Positions 1-9,679 of a stretch of 64,000 nucleotides of DNA are shown piece after piece. The notes under the pieces are model-generated. The model saw nothing but the letters and a program-made list of their open reading frames with translations. It searched no databases and was not told where the DNA came from. The DNA is taken from positions 768,001 to 832,000 of the forward strand of contig CAWJSK010000012.1 of NCBI GenBank assembly GCA_963845535.1. The letters run 5' to 3'. The DNA comes from an uncultured Spirochaetota bacterium (GTDB lineage Bacteria; Spirochaetota; Spirochaetia; SZUA-6; Fen-1364). How positions within the stretch are numbered: position 1 is the stretch's first letter; the number at the start of each line of letters is the position of its first letter. The position numbers and the translations under genes are program-made.

Positions 1-525
1 GAAGAACCGCGTGTAGTTCTGGACGTTCGTTTCGAGGCCTTGCTTGAGGACGGCAAGACCGTAGACCTCGGCCGCCTCCGCGCTTGCTATGGCGGCATTT
101 TCCAGGGACTTCTTCTCCGCAACAAAGCGAGCGGCGCCCGCCGTATCATAGAACGCCACGGGCTCCCAATCCGGGTGGCCCTCGAGGAACCTCCCGCATT
201 GCGCAAGCCCCTGGGGATGGGAATATACGCGCTTGATGCTCGAAAGCGATGCCCCGGGAAGGGCGATCAGCTTGTGCTCGATTCGGATCTTCTGTTCCCC
301 GATGATCCTGATGTCCGGATACTGCAGCAGAAGGTCATAGTTCTGGTGGATGGAGCCGGTAAGCGAGTTTTCGATTGGCACCATCCCGAAACCCGCCCTG
401 CCCTCCAGCACCGCCTCGAACACTGACGGGAACTCGGGGACGGGAAGGGGTTTCACCTCGCCCGCGAACCAATGGCGGATGGCCTTTTCTCCATACGCCC
501 CGCGTTCACCCTGGTAGGCCACCAC
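1..525 (-). CDS. pheA: Prephenate dehydratase domain (partial, runs off the window; probably the C-terminal part of a DAHP synthase-PDT fusion interrupted by a frameshift)
   Basis: Manual translation from GTG at 525: VVAYQGERGAYGEKA...VPIENSLTGSI...VYSHPQGLAQC...DTAGAA...ETNVQNYTRFF, all classic PDT motifs. Absent from the ORF track because there is no stop in the window. Confidence 0.9.
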   Translation of the reverse strand, partial: MVAYQGERGAYGEKAIRHWFAGEVKPLPVPEFPSVFEAVLEGRAGFGMVPIENSLTGSIHQNYDLLLQYPDIRIIGEQKIRIEHKLIALPGASLSSIKRVYSHPQGLAQCGRFLEGHPDWEPVAFYDTAGAARFVAEKKSLENAAIASAEAAEVYGLAVLKQGLETNVQNYTRFF

Positions 526-1697
526 GGCGCCGTCGGTGCGCGCGGCCAGCCCAGCGGCGGGCCCGCCAGCCTTGCCTGGCTTGACGGCGCCCGGCCCACT
601 TCCACCGCGCCGCGACCGTGCGCGCCACGGCTCGAAGCGGTCACCTTCCCGGCGGCAGTCGGTTCCGGCAACCGCGCCAGCTCCTTGCCGAGCACGGGAG
701 CCATGGCCTCGATGTCCCTCATCAGCTTCTCGAACTGCTCGGGGTAAAGGGACTGGGGCCCATCGGACAGGGCTTTCTCCGGGTCAACGTGGACCTCAAC
801 CGTGATCCCGTCCGCGCCGGCGGCAATCGCGGCAAGCGCCATGGGCGGCACCTTGGCCCTGATCCCGGTCCCGTGGCTCGGGTCGACGATGATGGGAAGG
901 TGGCTCAGCTTCTTCACGACGGGGATGGCGGAAAGGTCCAGCGTGTTGCGGGTGGAGGTCTCGAAGGTCCGGATGCCGCGCTCGCAGAGGATCACGTCGT
1001 CGGTGCCGGCGGCAAGGAGATATTCCGCGGACATGAGAAGGTCCTGGATGGTGGCGGCAAGCCCGCGCTTGAGCAGCACGGGCTTGCCCAGGCTGCCCAC
1101 GCGCTTGAGCAGCTCGAAGTTCTGCATGTTACGCGCGCCGATCTGCAGCACGTCCACGTAGTCCCTCATCAGGTCCGCATGCTCCGGGGTGACGATCTCA
1201 GAAACGACCGACATCCCGTACGCCTCACCGGCCTCCTTGAGGTGCTTCAGTCCCTCCTCACCGAGACCCTGAAACGCGTAGGGGGAAGTGCGCGGCTTCC
1301 ACGCGCCCCCACGGAAGAGCACGGCTCCGGATTCCCTGACTGCTGCCGCGCATTCCATGGTCTGTTCGCGGCTTTCCACGGCGCACGGACCGGCAATGGC
1401 GATGATCCGAAGCCCGCCAATGCGCACAATCCCCGCGGGACCGCGGATGGAGATGACGGTGTCCTCTTTGCGGAACTCGCGGGAGGCAAGCTTGTAGGGC
1501 GAGCTGATGGGGATGACGCGGGCAACGCCCGGGAGCAGCTCAACCTCTCGGAGGTCCATCCCGGATGTTCCCACCGCGCCCAGGATGGTCTCCTCCTGAC
1601 CCACGATCTCGCGGATGGTATATCCGCGGGCGGTCAGGAACTCCCTGATGTGATTCTTGTCCTGATCCCGGATTGTGCGCTCGAGTACAATGACCAT
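453..1697 (-). CDS. aroF: 3-deoxy-7-phosphoheptulonate (DAHP) synthase, type I-beta, with N-terminal regulatory domain
   Basis: IAGPCAVES, GGAWKPRTSPYAFQG, QIGARNMQNF, LLKRG, LCERGIRTF, DPSHGTG and ALSDGPQ motifs. Confidence 0.95.
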   Translation of the reverse strand: MVIVLERTIRDQDKNHIREFLTARGYTIREIVGQEETILGAVGTSGMDLREVELLPGVARVIPISSPYKLASREFRKEDTVISIRGPAGIVRIGGLRIIAIAGPCAVESREQTMECAAAVRESGAVLFRGGAWKPRTSPYAFQGLGEEGLKHLKEAGEAYGMSVVSEIVTPEHADLMRDYVDVLQIGARNMQNFELLKRVGSLGKPVLLKRGLAATIQDLLMSAEYLLAAGTDDVILCERGIRTFETSTRNTLDLSAIPVVKKLSHLPIIVDPSHGTGIRAKVPPMALAAIAAGADGITVEVHVDPEKALSDGPQSLYPEQFEKLMRDIEAMAPVLGKELARLPEPTAAGKVTASSRGAHGRGAVEVGRAPSSQARLAGPPLGWPRAPTAPWWPTRVNAGRMEKRPSAIGSRAR

Positions 1698-1728
1698 TGC
1701 GGATGTTCCTTTGTGGTCCCCGCGCGCC

Positions 1729-2787
1729 TTACCCCGAGCGGGGCGCTCCGACGGTCACGCGGTTCCTGCCTTTCTCCTTGGATTGGTAGAGGGCCCGGTC
1801 AGCCTCACGGACGACCTCTGACGGGGCGTACTCCGTCTCCGGATCGAACTCCGTCACACCGACGGAGACGGTGACGTGCAGGGACGGCCCTCCGTTCGAG
1901 CTGGGAAAGGCGAAAGTCTCGATCTTTCTCCGTATCCTCTCGGCAACCACAACCGCGCCCTTGATGTCGACCGCCGGGAGGATGATGGCGAACTCCTCCC
2001 CTCCGTAGCGCGCCGGGAAATCCACCTGGCGGATGGACCGCGCGAGCTGCCGCGCAATCTCGCGGATGATCCTGTCCCCCTGGAGATGTCCGTAGATGTC
2101 GTTGAAGTCCTTGAAGTGGTCTATGTCGAACATGAGGAGGCAGAAGGTTGACTTGTAGCGCCGCGCGCGCTCCAGCTCCTCGTCCAGCGTCTTCTCGAAG
2201 AAGTGATGGGAGAACAGTCCCGTCATGCGGTCCGTGGTGGCCTGGCGGAAGAGGCTCGCGTTCTCAATGGCAATGGAGGCGAAGCGGACAATGCGGGTGA
2301 CGTACTGCAGGTCCGAAAGGCCGTAGGGGGAGCCCGTCCCGCTGCCGGGCAGGAGCAGGATGCCGATGGAGCCTTTGTCCGTGCGCAGGGGCACAATCAT
2401 GTCGATCCCCATGGCCGCAAATCTCTCCACGACGACCTTGTCGGGGAAGCTCTCCCGGAAATAGGAGAAAGGGATCTGGCTGTACTCATCCTTGTCCAGG
2501 AACGCAAGAAGGGGGACCACGGACGGCAAATCGATGGACAAGTCCTCCCGCTTCACCCCGCGATAGAAAATGACCTGGGGGGCGCTTTCCTCCATCTCAC
2601 CAGGAAGAAGCACGGTGACGGTTTCCATCTGGAACTTGGACACGAAGCTCCAGACCACATTCTTGATGACGTTCTCGATGTCGAGCTGTGCAGTGATCTG
2701 AAAGGCGATCTCGATGATCTCCTTCAGGTCCTGATTCTCCCTGTCGAGCGGCACCTCGTGAAGCTCATCGACAAGTCCGCTTTCCAT
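1729..2787 (-). CDS. GAF-GGDEF diguanylate cyclase
   Basis: DIDHFK, YGHLQGD and ARYGGEEF motifs with RQVD I-site; GAF-like N-terminal part ending AIENASLF; start taken at MESG (2787). Confidence 0.9.
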   Translation of the reverse strand: MESGLVDELHEVPLDRENQDLKEIIEIAFQITAQLDIENVIKNVVWSFVSKFQMETVTVLLPGEMEESAPQVIFYRGVKREDLSIDLPSVVPLLAFLDKDEYSQIPFSYFRESFPDKVVVERFAAMGIDMIVPLRTDKGSIGILLLPGSGTGSPYGLSDLQYVTRIVRFASIAIENASLFRQATTDRMTGLFSHHFFEKTLDEELERARRYKSTFCLLMFDIDHFKDFNDIYGHLQGDRIIREIARQLARSIRQVDFPARYGGEEFAIILPAVDIKGAVVVAERIRRKIETFAFPSSNGGPSLHVTVSVGVTEFDPETEYAPSEVVREADRALYQSKEKGRNRVTVGAPRSG

Positions 2788-2893
2788 TGAATGGGCAGTA
2801 TACCCCAGCCAGGGGTTCCTTGCCAAGTTTTCCCCGGGCGGGTGTTGGGCAGGTGTCAACGCGCCGGAATGGCGGATGCGCCCCTGGGTTGCC

Positions 2894-4246
2894 TCAGAAA
2901 GCCATGGGATAGAACACGAGGCCTGAGACGGGCTTGGGATAGAAGTACGTCGACTTCCGCGGCATGCGCTCGTTGTTCTCCGCAATCGCCAGAACGTCCC
3001 CGAGGCTGGTGGAGTTCAGGACAAGGGCCACGTCCATGTCTCCGGCGTGGACCCTGGCGACGGCCTCATCCACGTCCTTGGTGTAGGCGATATTGGTGGC
3101 GAGATTGAGCTGCTCCTCGGTTATCCCGAGGATCTGATCCAGGATCAGCGTATTGAGGATGTTCACGTCGAGCAGTTTCCACACGGAAGAGAAATCCAGC
3201 CGGACGAGCTCTTCGTACGCCTCCTCATCCCGCAGCGTGAGCAGATAATACCCGACCGTGTTCACGACGTACGCGCCGAACTTATGCTCCCCCGGCGCCA
3301 CGTTTTTCAGGTCCCGCAGCCAGCGGCTTCGCACCTCCAGCTCGTTGTCCTCGCGAAAAGGGTACTTCTTCACGTGGAAGTGCTCCAGGATGGAAACGCC
3401 GAGCTGGTAGAGGTCCTCCACCTTGATCCCGTGCAGCATGCGGTGGGTCGGGAGAATGGCAAGGTCCTCGTGCTCGGAGTTGACGAGGAACATCATGATG
3501 TATTCCCAGGGAGCATCCGGACCGGCATCCGGATGGCGCGCGCGCATTCGATCACGGACGGTGAGCATGGTCTGGTAGCGATGGTGGCCGTCCGCGATGT
3601 AGATCATCTGCCGGGCCATGGTGCGCTGAATGACATCACAGCGCTCGGGGTCCGTCATGCGCCACATGCGATGGCGCACGCCAATAGGCTGCTCCAGGAA
3701 GTCCACGATGGGAGCATCCTTCGTCTGGTCGCAGATGACGGTGTCGATGCTGGCGCCCTTGTCCCGATACAGGCCCACGATGTACTCGAACTGGGTGGCC
3801 GTGGTCTCCGTCAGCCTGATCCGGTCCTCCAGCGGCCCTTTGATCACCTTCTCATGGGGGAGGATCCGGCGCTCCTCATAATCGCGGAGCTTCACCAGGC
3901 CAATGAAGCCCCGGATCCGCCTCCTGCCCTCATCCGGGAGGTCGAACTCCTGGTCGTAGACCCAGAAGGAAGGGCGCACCGTGCGGCGCAAGGTTCCGTC
4001 CCCAAGCCACCGGGCAAGGAAGTCACGCGCGCGGGTGTAGCGGTTCTCCGCATCGTTGTCCCCCGGCTCGGTCTTGCCCAGGATGAGCCGCACCACGTTG
4101 TGCGGGTCCTGGCGGTAATACGCGTGCTGGAGGGCCGGGGAGATTACGTCGTAGGGTTGGGACAAGCACAGTCCGACGTCGGGGACAACAGTCGGATCAT
4201 AATGGAGCGCTCGGAAAGGTCGTACATCGTTGATCGCGTCTGCCAT
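2894..4246 (-). CDS. DUF1015 family protein
   Basis: VRPFRAL, PYDVIS, ILPHE, IADGHHRY, ILPTHR and MPRKSTYFYPK motifs. Confidence 0.9.
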   Translation of the reverse strand: MADAINDVRPFRALHYDPTVVPDVGLCLSQPYDVISPALQHAYYRQDPHNVVRLILGKTEPGDNDAENRYTRARDFLARWLGDGTLRRTVRPSFWVYDQEFDLPDEGRRRIRGFIGLVKLRDYEERRILPHEKVIKGPLEDRIRLTETTATQFEYIVGLYRDKGASIDTVICDQTKDAPIVDFLEQPIGVRHRMWRMTDPERCDVIQRTMARQMIYIADGHHRYQTMLTVRDRMRARHPDAGPDAPWEYIMMFLVNSEHEDLAILPTHRMLHGIKVEDLYQLGVSILEHFHVKKYPFREDNELEVRSRWLRDLKNVAPGEHKFGAYVVNTVGYYLLTLRDEEAYEELVRLDFSSVWKLLDVNILNTLILDQILGITEEQLNLATNIAYTKDVDEAVARVHAGDMDVALVLNSTSLGDVLAIAENNERMPRKSTYFYPKPVSGLVFYPMAF

Positions 4247-4371
4247 CTCACGGACGTTAGATCAGAAGCCGGCTCGGGTCAAGCGCGCCGCTGCCGCCGC
4301 GCCTTCCGCGCCAGCGTCGCCGCCGCGCCGCCCCCTGCGCACCCACCCGTGCCGCGCCGGCGTTGCCCGCC

Positions 4372-4929
4372 TTACCAGGCCGCGTTGAACGACCCCCAGG
4401 AGAGCCGCATGCCCACCACGGGCGAATAGGTTCCCAGCCGCGTCCCGATCCCGCTGTGCGGATCGATGTCGGCAAGGCCCTGCATGCCGGCATACGCGGA
4501 GAGCTGCATCCACGGCGTGACGGCAATTCCCAGCTCGAGGTTCGCTTCACCGAACAGCACGGCGAGCCCGGACTGCGTCCCCGCAAAAGTCGCTGAGACG
4601 CCTCCGAGACCCGTCCAGAGGTTGACTGCGAAGGTGAACGGCCCCGCGCGGACCTCCTGGCCGATGATGGCGCCTCCGACTCCCCCGACAACGGACCCCG
4701 TCCCTTGCGGCGAATAGATGGCGTACCCAAACCCTCCGGTGCGCTGGCCGCCGCTGCTGACGCCGTACCCGAATCCCCCCACCTCGCTTGCGGAAAACGT
4801 CGAGTTGCTGAACCCCTCGACGTAGTGCTGGTCGCTCCATGTCACGCCGCCCGCGCCCCTGGCAAAAGCGCCGCCAAGGGGAAGAGTCATGGCGGCGAGC
4901 GCGAAAATGACGATTCTTGCGTTGCTCAT
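4372..4929 (-). CDS. Hypothetical exported protein, probable small outer-membrane beta-barrel
   Basis: N-terminal signal peptide, Gly/aromatic-rich alternating beta-strands, ends ...RLSWGSFNAAW. Confidence 0.6.
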   Translation of the reverse strand: MSNARIVIFALAAMTLPLGGAFARGAGGVTWSDQHYVEGFSNSTFSASEVGGFGYGVSSGGQRTGGFGYAIYSPQGTGSVVGGVGGAIIGQEVRAGPFTFAVNLWTGLGGVSATFAGTQSGLAVLFGEANLELGIAVTPWMQLSAYAGMQGLADIDPHSGIGTRLGTYSPVVGMRLSWGSFNAAW

Positions 4930-5033
4930 GACTATCCAACCCCGCGGTTTTCCGCGGGCGTCACCATCGACGGCTCGGCGGCCCTTCTTGGTTTTCAACC
5001 GACGGCTTCAATCGGCGGCTTTAACCGGTGACT

Positions 5034-7508
5034 TCAGTCGAGAAGCGGATTGCCCTTGTGCGGGATCGGTGGGTTCGTATCAGGGGCCGGCACATCGATG
5101 GGAGGCTTCGCGGCGCCTGCGCCGGCCATGTCGGTGTCGATGAGAGACCTTCGGAGGTTCTCCTCGATCGTCTCGGCGCGGCTGGCATTGTATTCATCCA
5201 CCTCGTCGAAGGTCTTCGGCTCCGTGCCGGCAAGGAATATCTCGTCAATCGTTTTCTTCGTGTACGCCGTGGGGAGGAGACCAGAGGTTGCGCTGACCTC
5301 CATGTCCACGAGCCCCGTCGGGGGCCGGTCGAACTGCCTGATCGGCAGGCCCTGATGGACCGCCTTCATGAACTTTGCCCAGGTCGGACCCGCGATGGCC
5401 GCGCCGGTAAGCTCCGTTCCCAGAGACCTGTTTCCCTCGTCGAAGCCGTACCACACGGCCGTGCACAGATAGGGGGAGAAACCGACTGTCCATGCGTCGG
5501 ACCAGTTCTGCGTCGTTCCCGTCTTGCCGGCGTACGGCTGGCTCTTGCCGCTCCATATGTCCAGCAGGTTGCCCACGCCGCCAAGTGAGCCTTCCTTGAT
5601 GACGCTCTGCAGCATGCTCGTCATGATGTACGCCGTCTGCGGGCTCATGATCTGCGCGGCGTCTCCTTTGCGCGCCTCCTGTTCCAGGACCTTCTTCGCC
5701 GGCTCGAGGATGACCTTGCCGTTCCTGTCCTCCACGTAGCGGATTGCCACGGGCACGACCTCGCGGCCCCCGTTGGCAAAGACGGAGTACGCCCGCGCCA
5801 TCTGAAGCGGGGACACGCTGACAACGCCCAGCCCCAGGGGATAGTAACGCGGGAAAGTCTTCTCGATCTCCGCCGGATCAGTGATCCCCAGCATGCGGCT
5901 TGCCCGCTGGATGGCGGCGTCGAATCCAATCCCGTCCAGGATCTTCAGGGACGGCACATTCATGGACTCGGCAAGCGCGTCACGCATCAGGACGCGCCCG
6001 TGCCACTCCCCCTTGTAGTTCAGCGGCTCGTACAGCGTGCCGTCCGGGTTGGTGAATACAACGGGAGCGTCCAGGATCATTGTGGCCGGGGTGAACATGC
6101 GTGAATCGATGGCCGCGGAGTAATACAGCGGCTTGAACGCGGAGCCGGGCTCCACGCGCGCTTGCGTTGCCCGGTTGAACTGGTCCACGCCGAAATCCTT
6201 GCCGCCCACCATGGCCATGATGTACCCGTTGCTCGGATCGATGCTGATGAGGGCCCCCTGCACCTGCGTCCGGCGGGCCACGTTGAACGCGGCCGCATCC
6301 CCGGCGGCGACAATGCCCTGGGGGCGGTCCAGGGAGAACATCGACGTGGCAAGCTCCACGACGGGATTGATGCTCGTTGCGTACTGGCGCTTCGCGCTCG
6401 CGGAGACGTTGCGGTCCCGGTTCAAAAGCTCGTCGATGTTGTAGGACAGACCCAGCATGTCCATCACCGGGAGAAGCGCCGCGCTCGCCTGGGCCGTGCG
6501 CTGCTTCGTCAGGTCGAGGTAGCGGTTGTTGACCGCTTCGATATCCTCCGCCATGCGCTCCTGCGCTACTTTCTGGTAGTCGAGATCGAGAGTTGTGTGA
6601 ACAACGAGTCCGTCAGTGAGGATGTCGTAGGAGCCGCCGAGCATGTCCTCGAGCTGGCTTCGAATGTATTCGCTGAACCAGGGCGCCTTGTCCTCACGCT
6701 CATAGTAGGCGGTGGAATTGGGTCGGGTGTAATCGTATTTCGACCAGTAGTCGCTGAAGGAGGAGTCCGCGTCCTGCTGCGTCACGTATCCCAGGCCCAC
6801 CATCTGATCCAGCACGAGTCGCTGCAGCTTCTGCGCGCGCTGCGGGTTCTTGATGGGAGAATAGAGGCCGGGCTTGGCGAGCTGGATCACGAGCATCACG
6901 GACTCCGCCAGCGTGTCCTCCTGGACGGGATGCCGGAAGAAGAACTTGCTGGCGGCTTGCACGCCCTGCGTGTTGTGCCCGAAAGGCATCTCGTTGAGGT
7001 ACATCTGGAGGATCTCCTGCTTGGTGTACCTGCGCTCCATCTGGATTGCCCACCACAGCTCCACGAGCTTGCGCCGGATGGAAATGTCGGACCTGTTCGC
7101 GTATAGGCGTCCTGCCAGTTGCTGCGTCAGCGTGCTTGCCCCCGAGACGTAGCGCCCGGTCACGATGTTGAAAAGCGCGCGCGCCATGCCCCGGAGGCTG
7201 AAGCCGTGATGGGAAAAAAAATCGCGGTCTTCCCGCGTGAGGAGGGCGTCGATGAGGTAGCGCGGCACCTGGTCAAGGGTGACCAACTCCCGGTTCTGGT
7301 CTCCGAAGAACTCCGTGATCACCCTGTCATGGATGTCGAGGACCTTCGTGGGGAGAGCCATGGCGCGGTCAGCGAACATCTCTTTTTCGGAGATATTTCT
7401 CGTGGCGGCCAGGGCCAGCCCGAGAGCAGCCCCCAGGAGCAGCGCGGAAACACTGGCGGCGGTTAGCAGTCGCCGGAAAAGGGTACTCGCGGGGGGGACG
7501 CCAGGCAC
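5034..7508 (-). CDS. Penicillin-binding protein 1A (transglycosylase/transpeptidase)
   Basis: EDRDFFSHHG, GASTLTQQL, RKLVE, SAFK (SxxK), SMN (SxN) and KTG motifs. Confidence 0.95.
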   Translation of the reverse strand: MPGVPPASTLFRRLLTAASVSALLLGAALGLALAATRNISEKEMFADRAMALPTKVLDIHDRVITEFFGDQNRELVTLDQVPRYLIDALLTREDRDFFSHHGFSLRGMARALFNIVTGRYVSGASTLTQQLAGRLYANRSDISIRRKLVELWWAIQMERRYTKQEILQMYLNEMPFGHNTQGVQAASKFFFRHPVQEDTLAESVMLVIQLAKPGLYSPIKNPQRAQKLQRLVLDQMVGLGYVTQQDADSSFSDYWSKYDYTRPNSTAYYEREDKAPWFSEYIRSQLEDMLGGSYDILTDGLVVHTTLDLDYQKVAQERMAEDIEAVNNRYLDLTKQRTAQASAALLPVMDMLGLSYNIDELLNRDRNVSASAKRQYATSINPVVELATSMFSLDRPQGIVAAGDAAAFNVARRTQVQGALISIDPSNGYIMAMVGGKDFGVDQFNRATQARVEPGSAFKPLYYSAAIDSRMFTPATMILDAPVVFTNPDGTLYEPLNYKGEWHGRVLMRDALAESMNVPSLKILDGIGFDAAIQRASRMLGITDPAEIEKTFPRYYPLGLGVVSVSPLQMARAYSVFANGGREVVPVAIRYVEDRNGKVILEPAKKVLEQEARKGDAAQIMSPQTAYIMTSMLQSVIKEGSLGGVGNLLDIWSGKSQPYAGKTGTTQNWSDAWTVGFSPYLCTAVWYGFDEGNRSLGTELTGAAIAGPTWAKFMKAVHQGLPIRQFDRPPTGLVDMEVSATSGLLPTAYTKKTIDEIFLAGTEPKTFDEVDEYNASRAETIEENLRRSLIDTDMAGAGAAKPPIDVPAPDTNPPIPHKGNPLLD

Positions 7509-7559
7509 AAGGAAAAGATACGTAACCGGAAACCCATGGTCAAAGCCAGGTGGGCAGCG

Positions 7560-8684
7560 TCACGCCAACGCCTTGATTCCCTTTTCATAGACCCGGTACG
7601 TCTTTACGCGGTCCAGCCCAAGTTTCTCCAGCGCGTTCCTGATCCTGAGGTTGTCCTCCAGGATATAATTTGCCTCCAGCCTCCGTATCTTCGGCGAGAG
7701 GGCTCGAAATATCTGGAGATAGAGAAGCACATCCAGGCCTTTGCCCTGGTAGCGCGGCAGAACGGCCAGGGCGAACAAACGGTAGTCCGGAAGCTTTTTG
7801 ACCCCCGTGAGGAGCCTGAGAAACCCGAGGGGGAAGAGGCGACCATCCACTTTCTTCAGTATCATGTTGAGGTCGGGGAACCCGAGGGCGAAACCCACCG
7901 GCTTTCCTTCATCCAGCACGAACCAGACCGCATCAGGGTCCGCAATGGGACGCAGCTTTCGGAACATCTCCTGGAACTCGTCGCGCTCCAGAGGCACATA
8001 GCCCCAATTGTCCTTGAGGGCGACATTGGAGATATCCATGATGGCATCAGCGTCACGGGCGAGGTTGCGCATGGAGATTCGCCGGACGGTCAGGTTGGGG
8101 TTGCGGGCGAGCAGCCTGTCGGCGAAGTCCCGAAACCTGCGCGGGATGTCGTAGCCTCGATCAGTGCTTGCCTCGTACGCAAGGAGATCCTTTGCTTTCG
8201 AGTAGCCGAGAGACATCATGAAATCGTTGTAATAGGGGGGATTGTAAGGCGCCATGAAAACCGGAGCGGCCTGGAAGCCCTCGGAGAGGAACCCCCAGCT
8301 TTCAGAGATGGGATGGATGGGCCCGCGCACCGTCTGCATTCCCCGCCGGGAAAGCCAGGCAACGGCCGCCTCATCAAGCGCGGAGGCGATTGACAGGTCC
8401 TCCACGCATTCAAAGGCGCCGAAGAATCCGGTCCTGGCGCCGTAGAACGCGTTGAAGTTATTGTCGATGTAGACGAGGCTCCTTCCCAGGACGTCCCTGC
8501 CGTCCTCCGCCAGGACGAGCGTAAAATCGGAATGCGAAAGGATGGCGTTCTTTCGAGGAGTGTAGGCGCTCTTTTCATCCACCCACAAAGGCGGAGCCCA
8601 GAACGGATCCTCCCGGTACAAACGCCGGGGGAACGAAACGAACCGCCTGAGGTCTGCTTTCGAAGCGACTTCGCGGATGCGCAT
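7560..8684 (-). CDS. GNAT-fold acyltransferase, YghO/bacterial ceramide synthase-like family
   Basis: FPRRLYREDPFWAPPL, FFGAFEC, MAPYNPPYY, NWGYVP, AVLPRYQGKG and YILEDN motifs. Confidence 0.7.
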   Translation of the reverse strand: MRIREVASKADLRRFVSFPRRLYREDPFWAPPLWVDEKSAYTPRKNAILSHSDFTLVLAEDGRDVLGRSLVYIDNNFNAFYGARTGFFGAFECVEDLSIASALDEAAVAWLSRRGMQTVRGPIHPISESWGFLSEGFQAAPVFMAPYNPPYYNDFMMSLGYSKAKDLLAYEASTDRGYDIPRRFRDFADRLLARNPNLTVRRISMRNLARDADAIMDISNVALKDNWGYVPLERDEFQEMFRKLRPIADPDAVWFVLDEGKPVGFALGFPDLNMILKKVDGRLFPLGFLRLLTGVKKLPDYRLFALAVLPRYQGKGLDVLLYLQIFRALSPKIRRLEANYILEDNLRIRNALEKLGLDRVKTYRVYEKGIKALA

Positions 8685-8784
8685 GCGGGTTTTCAGCTTC
8701 ACGCCATGATATGGCCTGAAGCCTCTTCCTGCAAGCGAGCGGATGCGGCGCGCGTCCCTGGATCAACGTACCCGATCTGAAGAC

Positions 8785-9066
8785 CTACCAGATCTCGAAA
8801 AGAAGGGGCTGGGCGCCGAGGCTGGAAACGAGCACGGGGTGTCGCGAGCGCGAGAGGCCCACACAGGCCCCCCGGTCCGCCACTACATCCCGGACGCATT
8901 CGCTGATCCAGGCAGTGCCTGACAGCACGTGCACGTGTCTGCGGGCGCGCGGTATGCGGAGCAGCTCTCCGGGCAAGAGCGCCAGTCGGAGCACGGGCCG
9001 CGCTTCTTTTGCGGCCACCCCTCTGGCGGCATTCTGAAAGATCATGCTGATATCGGCGCCGCTCAT
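8785..9066 (-). CDS. Small DUF2917-like (cupin-like) protein
   Basis: 93 aa with VHVLSGTAWIS...DVV pattern; start overlaps the Lrp stop (ATGA). Confidence 0.6.
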   Translation of the reverse strand: MSGADISMIFQNAARGVAAKEARPVLRLALLPGELLRIPRARRHVHVLSGTAWISECVRDVVADRGACVGLSRSRHPVLVSSLGAQPLLFEIW

Positions 9067-9542
9067 GATAAGCTCCCTTCTTCCATCTCTGCCCTTGCCG
9101 GCTCGACGTAATTTGTTTCCTTGTACGACGAAAGGACAATGTTCGTTACTGACCTGATCGAATCCGACCTGCTCTTGATTGCCATGAGGAGCCGCTCAAG
9201 CTGCTTCGGCCCTTCCGCCCTGATCTTCAGGATGTAGCAGTCCTCTCCCGCCACATTGTGGCATTCCAGGATGTCGGGTTCCGCCGCGCACAGCTTCTGG
9301 ATGGCCGCGTTGATGGTCTGGTTCGTCGCGTTCACTCGGACAAACGCGAGCATGGGCTTGCCCAGCATGTCGGCGTTCACGATGGCCACGTAGCGCTTGA
9401 GGATTCCCTTTTTCTCCAGCTTCTTGACGCGCTCATGCACGGAGGAAGCGGTGAGGCCCACCTTGTCGGCAATCTCCGCGTTCGAGAGGCGCGCATTTTC
9501 CTGGAGGATACTGATGATCTTTTTGTCTGTTGCATCGATCAT
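9063..9542 (-). CDS. Lrp/AsnC family transcriptional regulator
   Basis: IDATDKKIISILQENARLS HTH start; ECHNVAGEDCYILK RAM domain. Confidence 0.95.
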   Translation of the reverse strand: MIDATDKKIISILQENARLSNAEIADKVGLTASSVHERVKKLEKKGILKRYVAIVNADMLGKPMLAFVRVNATNQTINAAIQKLCAAEPDILECHNVAGEDCYILKIRAEGPKQLERLLMAIKSRSDSIRSVTNIVLSSYKETNYVEPARAEMEEGSLS

Positions 9543-9548
9543 GCATAT

Positions 9549-9577
9549 ATCATACTGCCAATTGAGTATTATGTCAA
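9549..9577 (-). promoter_or_regulatory. Sigma70 promoter for the Lrp gene, probably leaderless
   Basis: TTGACA-N17-TATGAT, then 6 nt to the ATG at 9542; no Shine-Dalgarno. Confidence 0.75.
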
Positions 9578-9581
9578 ATGG

Positions 9582-9611
9582 TATTTGGCAAATATATCAA
9601 TTTGCCAAATA
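9582..9611. promoter_or_regulatory. 12-6-12 inverted repeat, candidate operator
   Basis: TATTTGGCAAAT-atatca-ATTTGCCAAATA in an AT-rich divergent intergenic region. Confidence 0.6.
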
Positions 9612-9679
9612 ATATTCGGAAGCATAGCCTGATACACGTCGCCTTGCGCTCACCCTGCGCTCTCAGCTACACTCCCTCC

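Noticed and set aside
618..4429. Long antisense ORFs (618..1874, 3047..4429 and many similar across the window)
   Set aside because: They lie opposite well-supported genes and have no motifs; stop-poor reverse frames are expected in high-GC DNA.
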